Source: a virus
Lineage: Duplodnaviria > Caudoviricetes
DNA: 50,433 nt
IMG/VR virus record: IMGVR_UViG_3300017721_000911
Location: 1 to 50,433 of that record
Direction: 5' to 3' (one strand)
Shown here: in pieces, positions 7,666 to 18,277 of the stretch
Layout: every line of letters begins with the position of its first letter
Numbering within the stretch: the first letter of the stretch is position 1
Notes under the pieces: model-generated
The model's database searches: none
Told to the model about the DNA's origin: nothing
Seen by the model: only the letters and a program-made list of their open reading frames with translations
Program-made: the position numbers and the translations under genes

Positions 7666-8561
7666 TGACTTACTTTGATAAATTTCCAACAACAAGTTAT
7701 GTAAATCCAGATGGTCAACGGTCTGGGGTCAAGGACACCCTTCGTCGTGCTATCTTTACAAATGAGTCTTTACTACAAAGATCAAATTATGTTGAGTACA
7801 CGATCAAAGACGGCGAAACTCCGGACATACTTTCACAAAAGTTCTTTGACGATCCAAACTACAACTGGATCATTCTTCTGTTCAACGAAGCACTTGACCC
7901 ATTCTATTCTTTTCCATTATCCACCAACTCGTTGGAGAGATATGTAAGCAAAAAATATGGTAATCAGTGTTTGTTTATTGGAAACAGTGATGACTCTGTT
8001 GCACCTTTCTTTGACTCGACAACATCTCTACAAGAGGGTGATTCGTTGTCTACCACAAGAAGAGAATTTGAAAATATTGTATCAGGTGGTATCGAAAAAT
8101 TTAATTCCGAAACAAAGGTCGGAAGAGTAAAGTATTTCAATGCTGCATTATCACAGATCCAACTCACTGAACAAACAGGAGTTTTTGAAAAGGATGAAAA
8201 TCTGGCAAGACGAAAATGGCTTCTTGATCCGTTTCGTGCTAAAATTCGTAAGGTCGTGGCAGGCGATGAGGCTGTTCATCATTTTGAAACAGACAGGGGT
8301 ACTACCGGGGGCATCGTCTTAGATCCTCTGGCATCACCTCCCGGAGCCGACAATATTCAGACACCAATTCACACAAATGGAATCAAATACACAGATACTA
8401 TTCTTCACAATTACATTGAAAACAACGATGGAACGTATGTCGTTACAAATGCAGAGTATGAGCGTCGTGTAAATGAAAGTAAAAGAAGAATCAGGATTCC
8501 ATCGGCAAGTGTTGTCCAAGATATCAATAGAGAGTTTTCAAATATCGTAGGTAATCAATGA
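7665..8561 (+). CDS. gp53: baseplate wedge protein gp53
   Basis: YF.KFP...Y, Y.IKDGETPD.LS (LysM-like), WIILL.N, VTN.EYE...NE.KR.I. Confidence 0.92.
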   Translation: MTYFDKFPTTSYVNPDGQRSGVKDTLRRAIFTNESLLQRSNYVEYTIKDGETPDILSQKFFDDPNYNWIILLFNEALDPFYSFPLSTNSLERYVSKKYGNQCLFIGNSDDSVAPFFDSTTSLQEGDSLSTTRREFENIVSGGIEKFNSETKVGRVKYFNAALSQIQLTEQTGVFEKDENLARRKWLLDPFRAKIRKVVAGDEAVHHFETDRGTTGGIVLDPLASPPGADNIQTPIHTNGIKYTDTILHNYIENNDGTYVVTNAEYERRVNESKRRIRIPSASVVQDINREFSNIVGNQ

Positions 8562-9859
8562 CGCAACCAAGAGATAGAGATTTTATTACAAAAGAAAACG
8601 ATGTGGTCATCGAAGACATTCGTATTGAATCTCTCGCTGGTGGTGAATTTTCAATTCGAGAATACGTCACCTCTCTTGGTTTTTTTGAAAACATTTTTTC
8701 ACCATTTATGATTGGTGATATGACATTTACCGACACGGTTGGATTGATGAAAAAATTACCAATCATTGGTCGAGAGATTGTCACGGTTGAGTATCGAAGT
8801 CCACAGTACAAAAATTTTAAAACTGTTCGATTTAGAATCATCGGACAGAACTCAAGATTTCGCACAGACAAAACAAGAACTGATGTCATATCATTTAAAC
8901 TTATGTCAATCAATGGATACAATGACTTAAATACAAAAATTAGTCGTTCGTATCTTGGAAAAATTTCTGAGATTGCAAAGAGTGTAGTCAGCGAAAATCT
9001 TCTCACTGAACTTGTTGATGTCGATGACACTAGCGGCAACTTTCAGTATGCCTTTCCGTACCAGCGTCCGTCTGAGATGATTGCACAACTGGCACAGAGA
9101 GGATATGTTGAAAATGATATTCGCAATGTTGGCTTTCTTTTGTATGAAACCTCCAGTGGTTTAAAGTTTAAAAATCTTCTCAATCTTTATACAGAACAAC
9201 CAGTTAATTTTTTCTTTGACTCAAACGTGAGAAGAACAGAAGAACTTCAAGATGACTTCACGCTCGGCACGCACAAGATGAGAAACCTTAAATTTGGTAA
9301 AGAATTCAATCGTGCAAAGCAAGTTTCTGCTGGTGTGTTTTCAACAAATCTAAAATCATTTGACATCACACGAAAGTCTATCTTAAATCAAAACCTGTCA
9401 TATGCCAAGGACTCGATCCTTGCAACTGATAGAGGAAGAGGAGAAACAATTATCTCCGAGGCAGACAATGAAAACTATACAAGACCAAAAATTTTGTATA
9501 CAAACGACAGCACCTCAAGATTTGCTCCCAATTATGACGATATAACTGAGTGCGAGTTGTATCTCAATTCAAACATTGGAATTCACAATGATTCACAAAT
9601 AACATTCGACATTTGTGGAGATTCAATCCTTGAGGCAGGTCAGACAATTTCAATTCAAATTACAAAGAATGACGTTGATGAAGAACTCATTCAAGAGGGT
9701 GAAAATGATGAAGACCTCAGCACAAATTATTTAATCAAAGGATTGGGTCATCGGTTTTACTTTGATCCGTCCGCTGGTGACGAATATAAAACTGCCATCG
9801 AAGCAGTGAGAAATTTCCGTGGTCAAGCAGTACCAACTACCACGACAATAGGAGGTTGA
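8558..9859 (+). CDS. baseplate hub protein (gp27-like)
   Basis: 433 aa between gp53 and gp5; FENIFSPF..G...F.D motif and C-terminal GD..L.AG..I / YLI....H. Confidence 0.65.
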   Translation: MTQPRDRDFITKENDVVIEDIRIESLAGGEFSIREYVTSLGFFENIFSPFMIGDMTFTDTVGLMKKLPIIGREIVTVEYRSPQYKNFKTVRFRIIGQNSRFRTDKTRTDVISFKLMSINGYNDLNTKISRSYLGKISEIAKSVVSENLLTELVDVDDTSGNFQYAFPYQRPSEMIAQLAQRGYVENDIRNVGFLLYETSSGLKFKNLLNLYTEQPVNFFFDSNVRRTEELQDDFTLGTHKMRNLKFGKEFNRAKQVSAGVFSTNLKSFDITRKSILNQNLSYAKDSILATDRGRGETIISEADNENYTRPKILYTNDSTSRFAPNYDDITECELYLNSNIGIHNDSQITFDICGDSILEAGQTISIQITKNDVDEELIQEGENDEDLSTNYLIKGLGHRFYFDPSAGDEYKTAIEAVRNFRGQAVPTTTTIGG

Positions 9860-9860
9860 T

Positions 9861-10748
9861 ATGGAAAATTTTGTATGGTTTCAAGGTGTGATTGAAGATC
9901 GAAACGACCCCTTGAAAATTGGTCGCGTGAAGATTAGGTGTTATGGTTATCATACAGAGAACAAACAGGATCTTCCGACCGAAGATTTGCCTTGGGCAAC
10001 ACCCATCACTCCAGTGACATCTGCATCGGTAAATGGTATTGGCGAAACACCCCTTGGTCCTGTTACTGGTACTTGGGTTGTTGGATTTTTTAGAGATGGA
10101 AGTCTTGCACAAAACCCTGTCTACTTCGGAACAATTCCTGCAATCTCAAGTATGCTTCCAAATCCAAACATTGGATTCAGTGATCCGAGTGGTGTCTATC
10201 CGAAAGAAGATTTCATCGATGAATCTGACACAAACCGTTTGGCGAGAAATGAAAAAATTGAAGAAACGATTGTTGAAAAGAAAAGAAATGACATTGATGA
10301 AATGGAGGTTCCCTCTGGTGGTGGATCTTCAAGTCAAATTACTGAGCCATCAACACCCTACAACACTCAGTATCCATTCAACAAAGTGAAAGAAACTGAA
10401 GGTGGTCACATCCAAGAGTTTGATGACACCCCCGGTGCAGAAAGAATCCACTGGTATCACCGTTCGGGAACCTTTGAGGAAATTCATCCTGATGGCAGCA
10501 CGGTTCTTAAAATTGTGGGTAGCAAGTACGAAGTGACTATCAACGACAATAATCTACACGTTAAGGGCGACCTCAACATCGATGTAGATCAGAACGCAAA
10601 TATTCTTATCAACGGAAACGCAAATGTAAAGGTAGATGGTAAACTCGACTTTGTTGCCGAGGATGGTATAGATATTTCTACGAATGGGAATTTGAATCTT
10701 TCTGGTAAAACTGTAAATATATCTGGAAAGCCAATCAACTTAAACTAA
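9861..10748 (+). CDS. gp5: baseplate central spike gp5 (OB fold plus beta-helix, no lysozyme domain)
   Basis: WF.GVIEDR.DPL.IGRV..RC.G.HT, LPWA, YP.N.V..T..GH..EFDDTPG.ERI...HRSGT, C-terminal VxG repeats. Confidence 0.95.
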   Translation: MENFVWFQGVIEDRNDPLKIGRVKIRCYGYHTENKQDLPTEDLPWATPITPVTSASVNGIGETPLGPVTGTWVVGFFRDGSLAQNPVYFGTIPAISSMLPNPNIGFSDPSGVYPKEDFIDESDTNRLARNEKIEETIVEKKRNDIDEMEVPSGGGSSSQITEPSTPYNTQYPFNKVKETEGGHIQEFDDTPGAERIHWYHRSGTFEEIHPDGSTVLKIVGSKYEVTINDNNLHVKGDLNIDVDQNANILINGNANVKVDGKLDFVAEDGIDISTNGNLNLSGKTVNISGKPINLN

Positions 10749-10749
10749 T

Positions 10750-11016
10750 ATGGGATTACCAGCAGCAAAAATTGGTGACAAGGCAGGTGGCGTTATACTC
10801 AATAGTCGTGCCAATGCTGTCAACATAAATGGACTTCCGCCAGCAACGCTTGGATCGTCTGTCTCTCCACACGGAGACTCACCACACTCATCTGCAAGAA
10901 TTACTACTGGGAGTTCGAGTGTTTACAGTGGGGGGATTCCTCTTTCAAGACTAACTGACTCTGCCACTTGCTCCCATTCAATTACGACTGGTTCGGGAGA
11001 TGTGAATATCGGATGA
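10750..11016 (+). CDS. PAAR-repeat spike tip protein (gp5.4-like)
   Basis: PAAK.GD, V.ING.P.A, GS.SV...G.P..R..D...C.H....GS.DV. Confidence 0.9.
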   Translation: MGLPAAKIGDKAGGVILNSRANAVNINGLPPATLGSSVSPHGDSPHSSARITTGSSSVYSGGIPLSRLTDSATCSHSITTGSGDVNIG

Positions 11017-11597
11017 CTACAAAAGAAACGCTCAACCTGATTAACTATGTCCAAGCAAAGGGTGTTCTTCTTACAATCTTTGCCGAGGAGGAAGGGTACG
11101 CACAAAACTTTACTGACGATCAGGGTAACAGAGGATCATATCCAAAAGGTCAGACAGCGAGATTTGCATTTGTGTCGATGATGTTAAAGTCTCTCTCAAA
11201 TGTTCAAATCAAAAATGATTATCCAGAATTGTCTGATCAAAAAATTGATTCGATGCGAGGATTGTTTAATCAAAATAAAAGTATTAGACCTTTTGAATAC
11301 CCTGTGCAGGTAAAAAATTCTAATGATGATCTTACAAGTCTTTTGTTCAATGATCGACAATCAGTATACTCCTATCTTTTACAGACCAAGCCATTGGTAA
11401 ATTATCAAACTGGCACGTACGAAAGACCCGGTATCACAAGAAAATTTTCGGTCAAAGAAAAGGATAGCAACTCAACAATTATCACGCCCGATGCTCCCTC
11501 CTCTGCCATCTCTGGAGATATCTGGATAAATACTAGCACAGGTCTTAACTACGTTTTTGTCATCGAAGATGGTCGTGGTTATTGGGTAGAAATGTGA
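11013..11597 (+). CDS. hypothetical virion protein
   Basis: ATG at 11013 overlaps the PAAR stop (ATGA). C-terminal P.....GDIW.NT.TG..YV......YWV module typical of phage fibre/appendage proteins. Confidence 0.65.
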   Translation: MTTKETLNLINYVQAKGVLLTIFAEEEGYAQNFTDDQGNRGSYPKGQTARFAFVSMMLKSLSNVQIKNDYPELSDQKIDSMRGLFNQNKSIRPFEYPVQVKNSNDDLTSLLFNDRQSVYSYLLQTKPLVNYQTGTYERPGITRKFSVKEKDSNSTIITPDAPSSAISGDIWINTSTGLNYVFVIEDGRGYWVEM

Positions 11598-11605
11598 GTT
11601 AAAAT

Positions 11606-13705
11606 ATGCCGATTGATTTATTTACCGTACTTAGAAATGATGTCATCCAAGAGGATTTGAAGCCCCTAATTTTTTCACCTAAAATTACAGATTTGGGTGG
11701 CATAGTCAATAAAGATTCTATCTTTCTCGATATCACTCAACTTGAAAAAACCATTCTAACAGAAGAAGAAGAAGAGGCAGGGGTGGAGCGGTTTACTTCA
11801 TTCCCAAGTATTATTGAGTTTGGAAATTCTGATGAAAACACATTGTTTAGCAACGCTGTGAATAACATCACCCAATTGACTGGACTGTCGTTGGAGCAAC
11901 TTGGTGACATCAAAGATGTTAATTTAAACTTTAGTTTTGTAATTGACGATATGGTTGATCCCAATCTTGTCTTTCTGAATGAAACTGAGATTAATTTTGA
12001 TCATTTATTTTTGTCCTTCTTTGGAACATATCGTAATAATATTAACTCCGGAAGTTATGAACTTTCTGGAGTGATGCCAAATTTCCTAAAAGGTATTGAA
12101 ACAAGACTGACTATAGTAAGAAGTATTTTCCCATCTGCAACAATTAGCATCACTCCAATTTACAATCCAACTTATTCGATCCAATCTGGCGAATACGATG
12201 ATTTTTACTCTGATGGTTTAAGAAACTATTTCACTTACATTGATAGGCTAGGTCCGTATGGCGATGAGAGTGATCCACTTTTTGTGCAGGCTAATGATCG
12301 AGATGTTGCTTTAGCAAATTCTATTTTTGATGTCGTACAAGACGGAAATGTTAGATTACTATCCCCTATCGATTCAGATATACCTCCAGTCCCAGATCCC
12401 GGTGAAGACCAGCAACCAGCACCTCAACTGTCGATTGTGAGAGGACAAATTGAATCGGCTTATCGTTTATTTGGAACACAGTACGACGCGACTGTTCCTA
12501 CACCGGCGGGTGGTGTTCCGGGTGGATCAACGAATGTAGGACCACTGACAAAAAAACTTGGTTTTGGTTTAAACCATTCAGTTACTTTTGAAGATTTAGA
12601 TAATCCTCCAAACAATGAAAATTATATTTCTGAGGATTTCTTTGAAGACTTGGTTGACACCATTCAAGAGGTTAATGACGATCCGTTATTTTTTATTGTT
12701 TCAAATAAGTTTTATCTAAGAACAAATACCATTGGTGTTCGAGCATTTTTATCAGAGGCACAAATAATTTCGTTTCCCTCTGATGATATCCCAACACAAA
12801 TTAATCAAACTGATGAGTATGTTGCCAATGGTCAATTGTTCAATCTTGATTTGTTCAATACCTCTGGGTGTGATTTGCCACCTCTTCCATTTTCAGACGA
12901 TGATCTGCAAGCGATTAGAGATGTAATTTCCGGTGAAGTTTTTAGAAGTCCAGTCGAATCAGCAGTCAATGGTGTTTTAAGTGGCACTGGTCAAATCCTA
13001 AGCGATCTGGCAGACGCAGTTGATGTTCCACTCACAGACGACCTTGGAAACCCTCTATCAACCTTTGTAGACAGTCAAGGAACACTTCGGATTAATACTG
13101 CTGTTGGATTTTTGACAGACCGAATAAATCTAATCACAGCAAGATCACAAGAGTTTCAAGATCACGCTTACAGATTGAGTGGTGTGAGTAATTATAAAGA
13201 GGGGTTCAATCCGGGTGGTGGAGTTGGTGATCTTCCCGGTTTGGTGGGGATCCAATCAATTGCTCAAAGTTACAATAACATTAAAAATGCTATAGATTCA
13301 GGAAATATCGGACAGGCACTCGTGGATCATTACTCTCCGTTTTTTGGGAGTATTCTGGGTCCGGGTCAAGCATTATATGATTCCGTTGATTCTTTAATCA
13401 ATGGTAATATTAGAGCATTCCTTTCCGAATTTCCTCTTACTGACGGTAGACTGGATTTGTCGAAAGCATCACAGGATCAACTGGGTCAATTAATTAATCT
13501 TGGGAATTCAACTTTGGATTTCACATCGAGCATTAGAAACCTTATTGATTCAGATAATGCGACTTATTTTGCAGCCCTTGATTACATTGCAAAATCAAGT
13601 CTTGGTTTCTCAGTCCTGACAATGGCAGAGGATCCTTGTTTTAGTCAAAAATTATTGGGACAGATTGCAAAACCTGACCTGAAAGGCTTACTTAATATTA
13701 CATAA
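11606..13705 (+). CDS. hypothetical acidic protein (699 aa) in the baseplate cluster
   Basis: Long ORF with phage-like codon usage; no motif recognised. Confidence 0.7.
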   Translation: MPIDLFTVLRNDVIQEDLKPLIFSPKITDLGGIVNKDSIFLDITQLEKTILTEEEEEAGVERFTSFPSIIEFGNSDENTLFSNAVNNITQLTGLSLEQLGDIKDVNLNFSFVIDDMVDPNLVFLNETEINFDHLFLSFFGTYRNNINSGSYELSGVMPNFLKGIETRLTIVRSIFPSATISITPIYNPTYSIQSGEYDDFYSDGLRNYFTYIDRLGPYGDESDPLFVQANDRDVALANSIFDVVQDGNVRLLSPIDSDIPPVPDPGEDQQPAPQLSIVRGQIESAYRLFGTQYDATVPTPAGGVPGGSTNVGPLTKKLGFGLNHSVTFEDLDNPPNNENYISEDFFEDLVDTIQEVNDDPLFFIVSNKFYLRTNTIGVRAFLSEAQIISFPSDDIPTQINQTDEYVANGQLFNLDLFNTSGCDLPPLPFSDDDLQAIRDVISGEVFRSPVESAVNGVLSGTGQILSDLADAVDVPLTDDLGNPLSTFVDSQGTLRINTAVGFLTDRINLITARSQEFQDHAYRLSGVSNYKEGFNPGGGVGDLPGLVGIQSIAQSYNNIKNAIDSGNIGQALVDHYSPFFGSILGPGQALYDSVDSLINGNIRAFLSEFPLTDGRLDLSKASQDQLGQLINLGNSTLDFTSSIRNLIDSDNATYFAALDYIAKSSLGFSVLTMAEDPCFSQKLLGQIAKPDLKGLLNIT

Positions 13706-13708
13706 ATA
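13702..13708 (+). promoter_or_regulatory. late promoter for gp25
   Basis: ATAAATA 5 nt before the ATG at 13714. Confidence 0.65.
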
Positions 13709-13713
13709 AAAAT

Positions 13714-14094
13714 ATGAGCAGATTCTCAGACATCGATCTTAATTTTACAAAGAACCCCATCACCAACGATGTAAATATCTTGCGTGACAGCGAGGCGGTT
13801 CGTAGATCGGTTAGAAATATTGTTCTCTACAATTTTTTAGAAAAACCATTTTCCCCTACGTTTGGCGGAAATGTTCGTGGAAAACTTTTTGAAAACATTA
13901 ATTCAATCACAGCACTTAGAATCAAGGGAGAGATTGAAAAAGCAATTATTGACAATGAGCCGCGTGCTTCTTTAAGAGGTGTTAAAGTTTCACCGAATTT
14001 AAGTAGAAACGCATTTGATGTGACAATCGTTTTTAGCGTCAGCAACAATCCCGCTCCCGTCAAAGTTGAAATCAGTCTTGAAAGGATTCGATAA
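13714..14094 (+). CDS. gp25: baseplate wedge / sheath initiator gp25
   Basis: FSDIDL.F..NP.T.D......AV.RSV.N.V.....EKPF.P.FG, EPR, LER.R. Confidence 0.96.
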   Translation: MSRFSDIDLNFTKNPITNDVNILRDSEAVRRSVRNIVLYNFLEKPFSPTFGGNVRGKLFENINSITALRIKGEIEKAIIDNEPRASLRGVKVSPNLSRNAFDVTIVFSVSNNPAPVKVEISLERIR

Positions 14095-16034
14095 TGGACA
14101 ACGAAAGACAATCACTCTCTGTTAATCAACTTGATTTTGATACGATCAAGCAAAATATGATTAACTTTCTTCAAAACCAAGAAGAGTTTAAAGACTACGA
14201 TTTTGAGGGGTCTGGTCTTAGTGTAATTCTTGATCTGTTATCATATTATACTCATTACCAAGGCATTTACAACAATTTCACCGCGAGTGAGTTGTTTTTA
14301 GATACCGCACAAAAACGATCATCGGTTGTCTCACACGCCAAGAGTTTAGGATATGTTCCGTTTTCGAGAACTGCTCCAACTCTTACAGCAAACTGCACCT
14401 TCAATAATTTAAAAATCAATACCCTTCCAAGGGGTTCGAGATTTCTTGCAAGAGTTGGCAATAAATCTTACAATTTTACAAATATTGATCCAGTCTCTCT
14501 TTCCATCTTAGACACTGACACGGGAAATGGTAGATTCGCAAATAACGTAGAACTGCGTGAAGGTGAAATCAAATCTTTCTCTTTTGTCGTGCCATCGTCT
14601 GATGCAAATCAAAAGTATAGAATTGATGATCCCAATGCTGATACAAAAACCCTTCGTGTTCAAGTATTCAAATCAGTAAGTGATACTTCGGGGGTAGATG
14701 ACGTTTGGAGTGAAGCCAATAGTTATACTGAAATCACATCCGAGACAAATGCTTTCTTCGTCGAGGAAGATTTTGACGGCGTTTACTCGATTCGTTTCGG
14801 TGACGGGGTAATTGGAAAAAAATTAAGTGCCGGGAACTTAATTAGCGTATCTTATCTGCAAACAGATGGATCGGTTGCAAATGGTGTTGGTAAAACAGAT
14901 TCATCAACTTCAAGAGCGTTGTTCTTTAATGAGTTCTCTACCATTGAAGTTGAGAGTGCTGCTTCTGGTGGTTCTGAAAGAGAGTCAGTTGCAAGCATTC
15001 GATATAATTCGCCGAAGTCATTTTCTGCACAGAATCGAGCAGTAACAACATCAGACTTTGAAGCCTTGGTTTCAAACAATTTTTCAGGATTTAGATCAGT
15101 CTACTGCTATGGAGGTGAGGATGCAAACCCGCCTCAATTCGGAAAAGTTTTTATTACGTTGAAGCCAAACTCAGGATCAATTATTACAACAAGTCTTAAA
15201 AATTCAATTCAAACCTTTTTGCAGACAAAATGCTCTGTTGGTGTTTCTCCAGAGGTAGTCGATGCGATACAATTATATTTCCGATACAATGCAAAGGTTG
15301 TGTACGATCCAACAAAAACTGTTTTGAACGAAGCCAGTCTGATTGCTGTAATTCAACAAACAATTTCAGATTACTTTGAAGAAAATTCTCAAAACTTTTT
15401 CTCAGTTGTTTCAATTAGTAGAATGGTAAAGAAAATTCTTGACTCACTTGTTGAAGTCGAGACTATAACACTAACACCATCTCTAGAGTCAAGGTTTGTT
15501 CCAACACCAAATGCACCCTCAAACTACTCTTTGAATTTTGCAAATCCGATATTCCATCCGCACGCTGGTCACTCGGCAGTGGTCACTACGAATGATTTTA
15601 CTTACTTTAATAAAGACGGAAATGAGATTAAAGTATTTGCAGAAGATGATGGTTTTGGAAAACTTAAACTTTTTAATATTGTCAATGCAACTAAAAATGT
15701 TGTCGAAGAAGACTTTGGAACAGTTGATTATCAAAACGGAGTTGTGACTTTTAATAGTTTCACGATCAAAGAAATTTCTGGTGATATTCGTGTTCGAGCC
15801 GAAATTGCAAACAATCGTCTGGTCGCTAATGAAAATTATATTTTAGCACAAGATGCTGAAGACTCCGAACGAAACACCACTGTGATGCTCCCTGATGATC
15901 GACCCGACAGACAGATTCAAACTTCGACATCTGGCGTTTCATACGTCGGAACGTCTTCTATCTCTAGTGCATTCACTACTTCGAGAACATCAAGCAGCAG
16001 CAGTTCTTCGACAAGTGGAGGGGGTAGTTACTAA
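14094..16034 (+). CDS. gp6: baseplate wedge protein gp6
   Basis: LDFD.IK, F.DYDFEGSGLS..LD.L.Y, FGDG..GK, QNRAVT..D, PPQFGKVFI, GTVDY..G. Confidence 0.96.
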   Translation: MDNERQSLSVNQLDFDTIKQNMINFLQNQEEFKDYDFEGSGLSVILDLLSYYTHYQGIYNNFTASELFLDTAQKRSSVVSHAKSLGYVPFSRTAPTLTANCTFNNLKINTLPRGSRFLARVGNKSYNFTNIDPVSLSILDTDTGNGRFANNVELREGEIKSFSFVVPSSDANQKYRIDDPNADTKTLRVQVFKSVSDTSGVDDVWSEANSYTEITSETNAFFVEEDFDGVYSIRFGDGVIGKKLSAGNLISVSYLQTDGSVANGVGKTDSSTSRALFFNEFSTIEVESAASGGSERESVASIRYNSPKSFSAQNRAVTTSDFEALVSNNFSGFRSVYCYGGEDANPPQFGKVFITLKPNSGSIITTSLKNSIQTFLQTKCSVGVSPEVVDAIQLYFRYNAKVVYDPTKTVLNEASLIAVIQQTISDYFEENSQNFFSVVSISRMVKKILDSLVEVETITLTPSLESRFVPTPNAPSNYSLNFANPIFHPHAGHSAVVTTNDFTYFNKDGNEIKVFAEDDGFGKLKLFNIVNATKNVVEEDFGTVDYQNGVVTFNSFTIKEISGDIRVRAEIANNRLVANENYILAQDAEDSERNTTVMLPDDRPDRQIQTSTSGVSYVGTSSISSAFTTSRTSSSSSSSTSGGGSY

Positions 16035-18265
16035 TGTCACTCGCGTACGGTGGATCTTTACTTCTTCCGCTTCAGGCATTCTCTGAGCCAACGTTTGGTG
16101 CGACTGGTCCCTTATCAATTGATGAGCGATTTTCTGTTTTAGCAGAGCAGTTTCTTCCAGATTTTGTCGTAAATGATCACCCGACCTTTGTTGCCTTTAT
16201 GAAGGCATTTCTGGAATACACTGAGCAGCAAGGTAACTCGCGGGCGGAAGCCGTTAGAATAAACACGTACACAGACTTTGACCAAACTCTAAATTCGTTT
16301 GAAAAATATTTTAGAGAGACATATCTTCAGAATTTTCCCAAAGAGTTTTCCACTGCGGTCAATGAAGAGTTGGCGATTAAAAAGGTCAAAGACTATTACC
16401 AAAACAAAGGTAACTCCGAGTCAGTGGAGTTTTTGTTTAGACTTTTGTACGACAAAGAAGCCAATATCCAATATCTTCGAGACAGAATTTTTAAACTGTC
16501 AGATTCGGATTATTCTAATTCTGTTTCCATCTATACTACTCTCTCAAACTCAAGGTCAACACTCAATAATTTCATTGGTGCAAGAATCTATCAACGCAAG
16601 AATGAATTTGATGGTAAAAGTCCAATCAACGCATCTGCTGATATTGACAATATTATTTTTAGGTTTGATACTGCAACAAAAGTAGATTACGCAGAAATCA
16701 TTTTGAAAAACAGAATTGGTGAGTTTTTACCAAACTTTAAAGTTATTTTAGAAAATGATTCAACTGTCAAAGAAACAGTGTTTGATTTAGTTTCGGAGGT
16801 CAAACCGAGTTTGGTTGGCGGTATCACCCAAGACGGCGAAGGATACGCTCTCAATGATATTGTTCTCATCAAAGATGGAAAAAAAATTGTTTCAAAACTA
16901 AGAGTGAACAATATCTCCACACTTGGTGAAATTAGATCAGTCTCAAAACCCACTGGTAAGCCTGTCAGAATTTTTACAGTTGATTCAAACCTTTCGGTTG
17001 ATATTTTAACCGCAGGGGGATCTGGTGCTTCTTTGAAAATTCTCGGCGGTCGCGGTGAGATCGTGGATGAAAAAGTTTTCAAAAGCAATCGATCACTGTT
17101 GTCTTCTTCCTCCGTCATTCAAAATAATTTTAATTATCAACAATTTTCTTACACAATCTCCGCTGAAAAGTCTTTAAAACAATACGCAGATATTGTAAAG
17201 AAAGTTTTTCATCCTGCCGGAAGTATGATGCTTGGACGCTATGAAACGACTACCAATCTTGACATCGCCGGGTTCACTTCAAATCTCACTACAGATGATA
17301 TCGATCAAGATACTTTTATCCTCCCTTTGATTGGAAACTATCTTCCATACACTATCTCTGCGACATCTGATTTCAGAGGCGACACTCTTGCAAATAAATT
17401 TGGTGATTTTTATCCAAATGGATGGGGTGGTATTACAACATCACCTTTGACATTTACGGGAAGCAGTCCAAATGTTGCACCAGATTTAGTTTTTCCGTAT
17501 ACAAGTCAAATCGTTCCGATTGGAAACGGTGTATACTCGGACAATGAGGATGTTAGTCCAGAATATATTCAAAGTGTGCTTGATGAATCTGATCGAAAAC
17601 CCGGATATGTGGTCGCACCGAAAACACAAGTGCCAATGACAACATCTGATGCTCAAAGATTTGGACGAGGATTCAGTGGTGGTTATATCGTTTACCGACA
17701 CCCAAGAGTTTTGTTTAAAGAAAATAGAACTGACGAAGAGTTGTCAAAAATTAATAATAAGTACGAGTTTGCTACTTCTAGAGGAAAGGTTAGAATTCGA
17801 TTCCAAAACGTTGATATGACAATCAGCGGAATTTCTGGGGACATACAGGTTGGGGATGAATTGTCTCAGACGGTCCCCGGACAAATAACGGCGTTAGGTG
17901 AAGTTACGGCTGTCACAAGTAAAGACTTTTCAGAAACACCCGCAGCCAAAGAGGAAAAAGTATCCGCTACTTTGTCACAAAATAAATTTACAGTAAATCC
18001 GCTTCTGGCAACGTCATCATCAGTCGGAAGTGGAAAATCAGGATTCAACAATACGGTTTTGACTGTAAAAGTTAAAAGCGGAAGTTTCACATCTCAAAGT
18101 AGTGTCAAAGTTTTTGCTGATGATGGAGATTCATTTACAATTCTAGGTGACTCCGCATCTGCATCTCTTCCAATTGTTTCCTCTGTGCAACAAGATATGG
18201 AATTTGGTGATGTTCGTATTTCAGATTTCCTCGATAAAATGAGTGTACCAAAACTTGATACATAA
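16034..18265 (+). CDS. baseplate wedge protein gp7-like
   Basis: Q.LP.FV..DHP.FV.F.KA..E, KG...S..FLFR.LY, YQ.FSY, HPAG; follows gp6. Confidence 0.8.
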   Translation: MSLAYGGSLLLPLQAFSEPTFGATGPLSIDERFSVLAEQFLPDFVVNDHPTFVAFMKAFLEYTEQQGNSRAEAVRINTYTDFDQTLNSFEKYFRETYLQNFPKEFSTAVNEELAIKKVKDYYQNKGNSESVEFLFRLLYDKEANIQYLRDRIFKLSDSDYSNSVSIYTTLSNSRSTLNNFIGARIYQRKNEFDGKSPINASADIDNIIFRFDTATKVDYAEIILKNRIGEFLPNFKVILENDSTVKETVFDLVSEVKPSLVGGITQDGEGYALNDIVLIKDGKKIVSKLRVNNISTLGEIRSVSKPTGKPVRIFTVDSNLSVDILTAGGSGASLKILGGRGEIVDEKVFKSNRSLLSSSSVIQNNFNYQQFSYTISAEKSLKQYADIVKKVFHPAGSMMLGRYETTTNLDIAGFTSNLTTDDIDQDTFILPLIGNYLPYTISATSDFRGDTLANKFGDFYPNGWGGITTSPLTFTGSSPNVAPDLVFPYTSQIVPIGNGVYSDNEDVSPEYIQSVLDESDRKPGYVVAPKTQVPMTTSDAQRFGRGFSGGYIVYRHPRVLFKENRTDEELSKINNKYEFATSRGKVRIRFQNVDMTISGISGDIQVGDELSQTVPGQITALGEVTAVTSKDFSETPAAKEEKVSATLSQNKFTVNPLLATSSSVGSGKSGFNNTVLTVKVKSGSFTSQSSVKVFADDGDSFTILGDSASASLPIVSSVQQDMEFGDVRISDFLDKMSVPKLDT
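18258..18264 (+). promoter_or_regulatory. late-promoter-like box upstream of gp8
   Basis: ATACATA followed by a GGAG RBS. Confidence 0.45.
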
Positions 18266-18277
18266 AATGGAGTTCTT

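Noticed and set aside
10968-11012. Track start of the 209-aa ORF
   Set aside because: Lies inside the PAAR gene; the coupled ATG at 11013 is more plausible.
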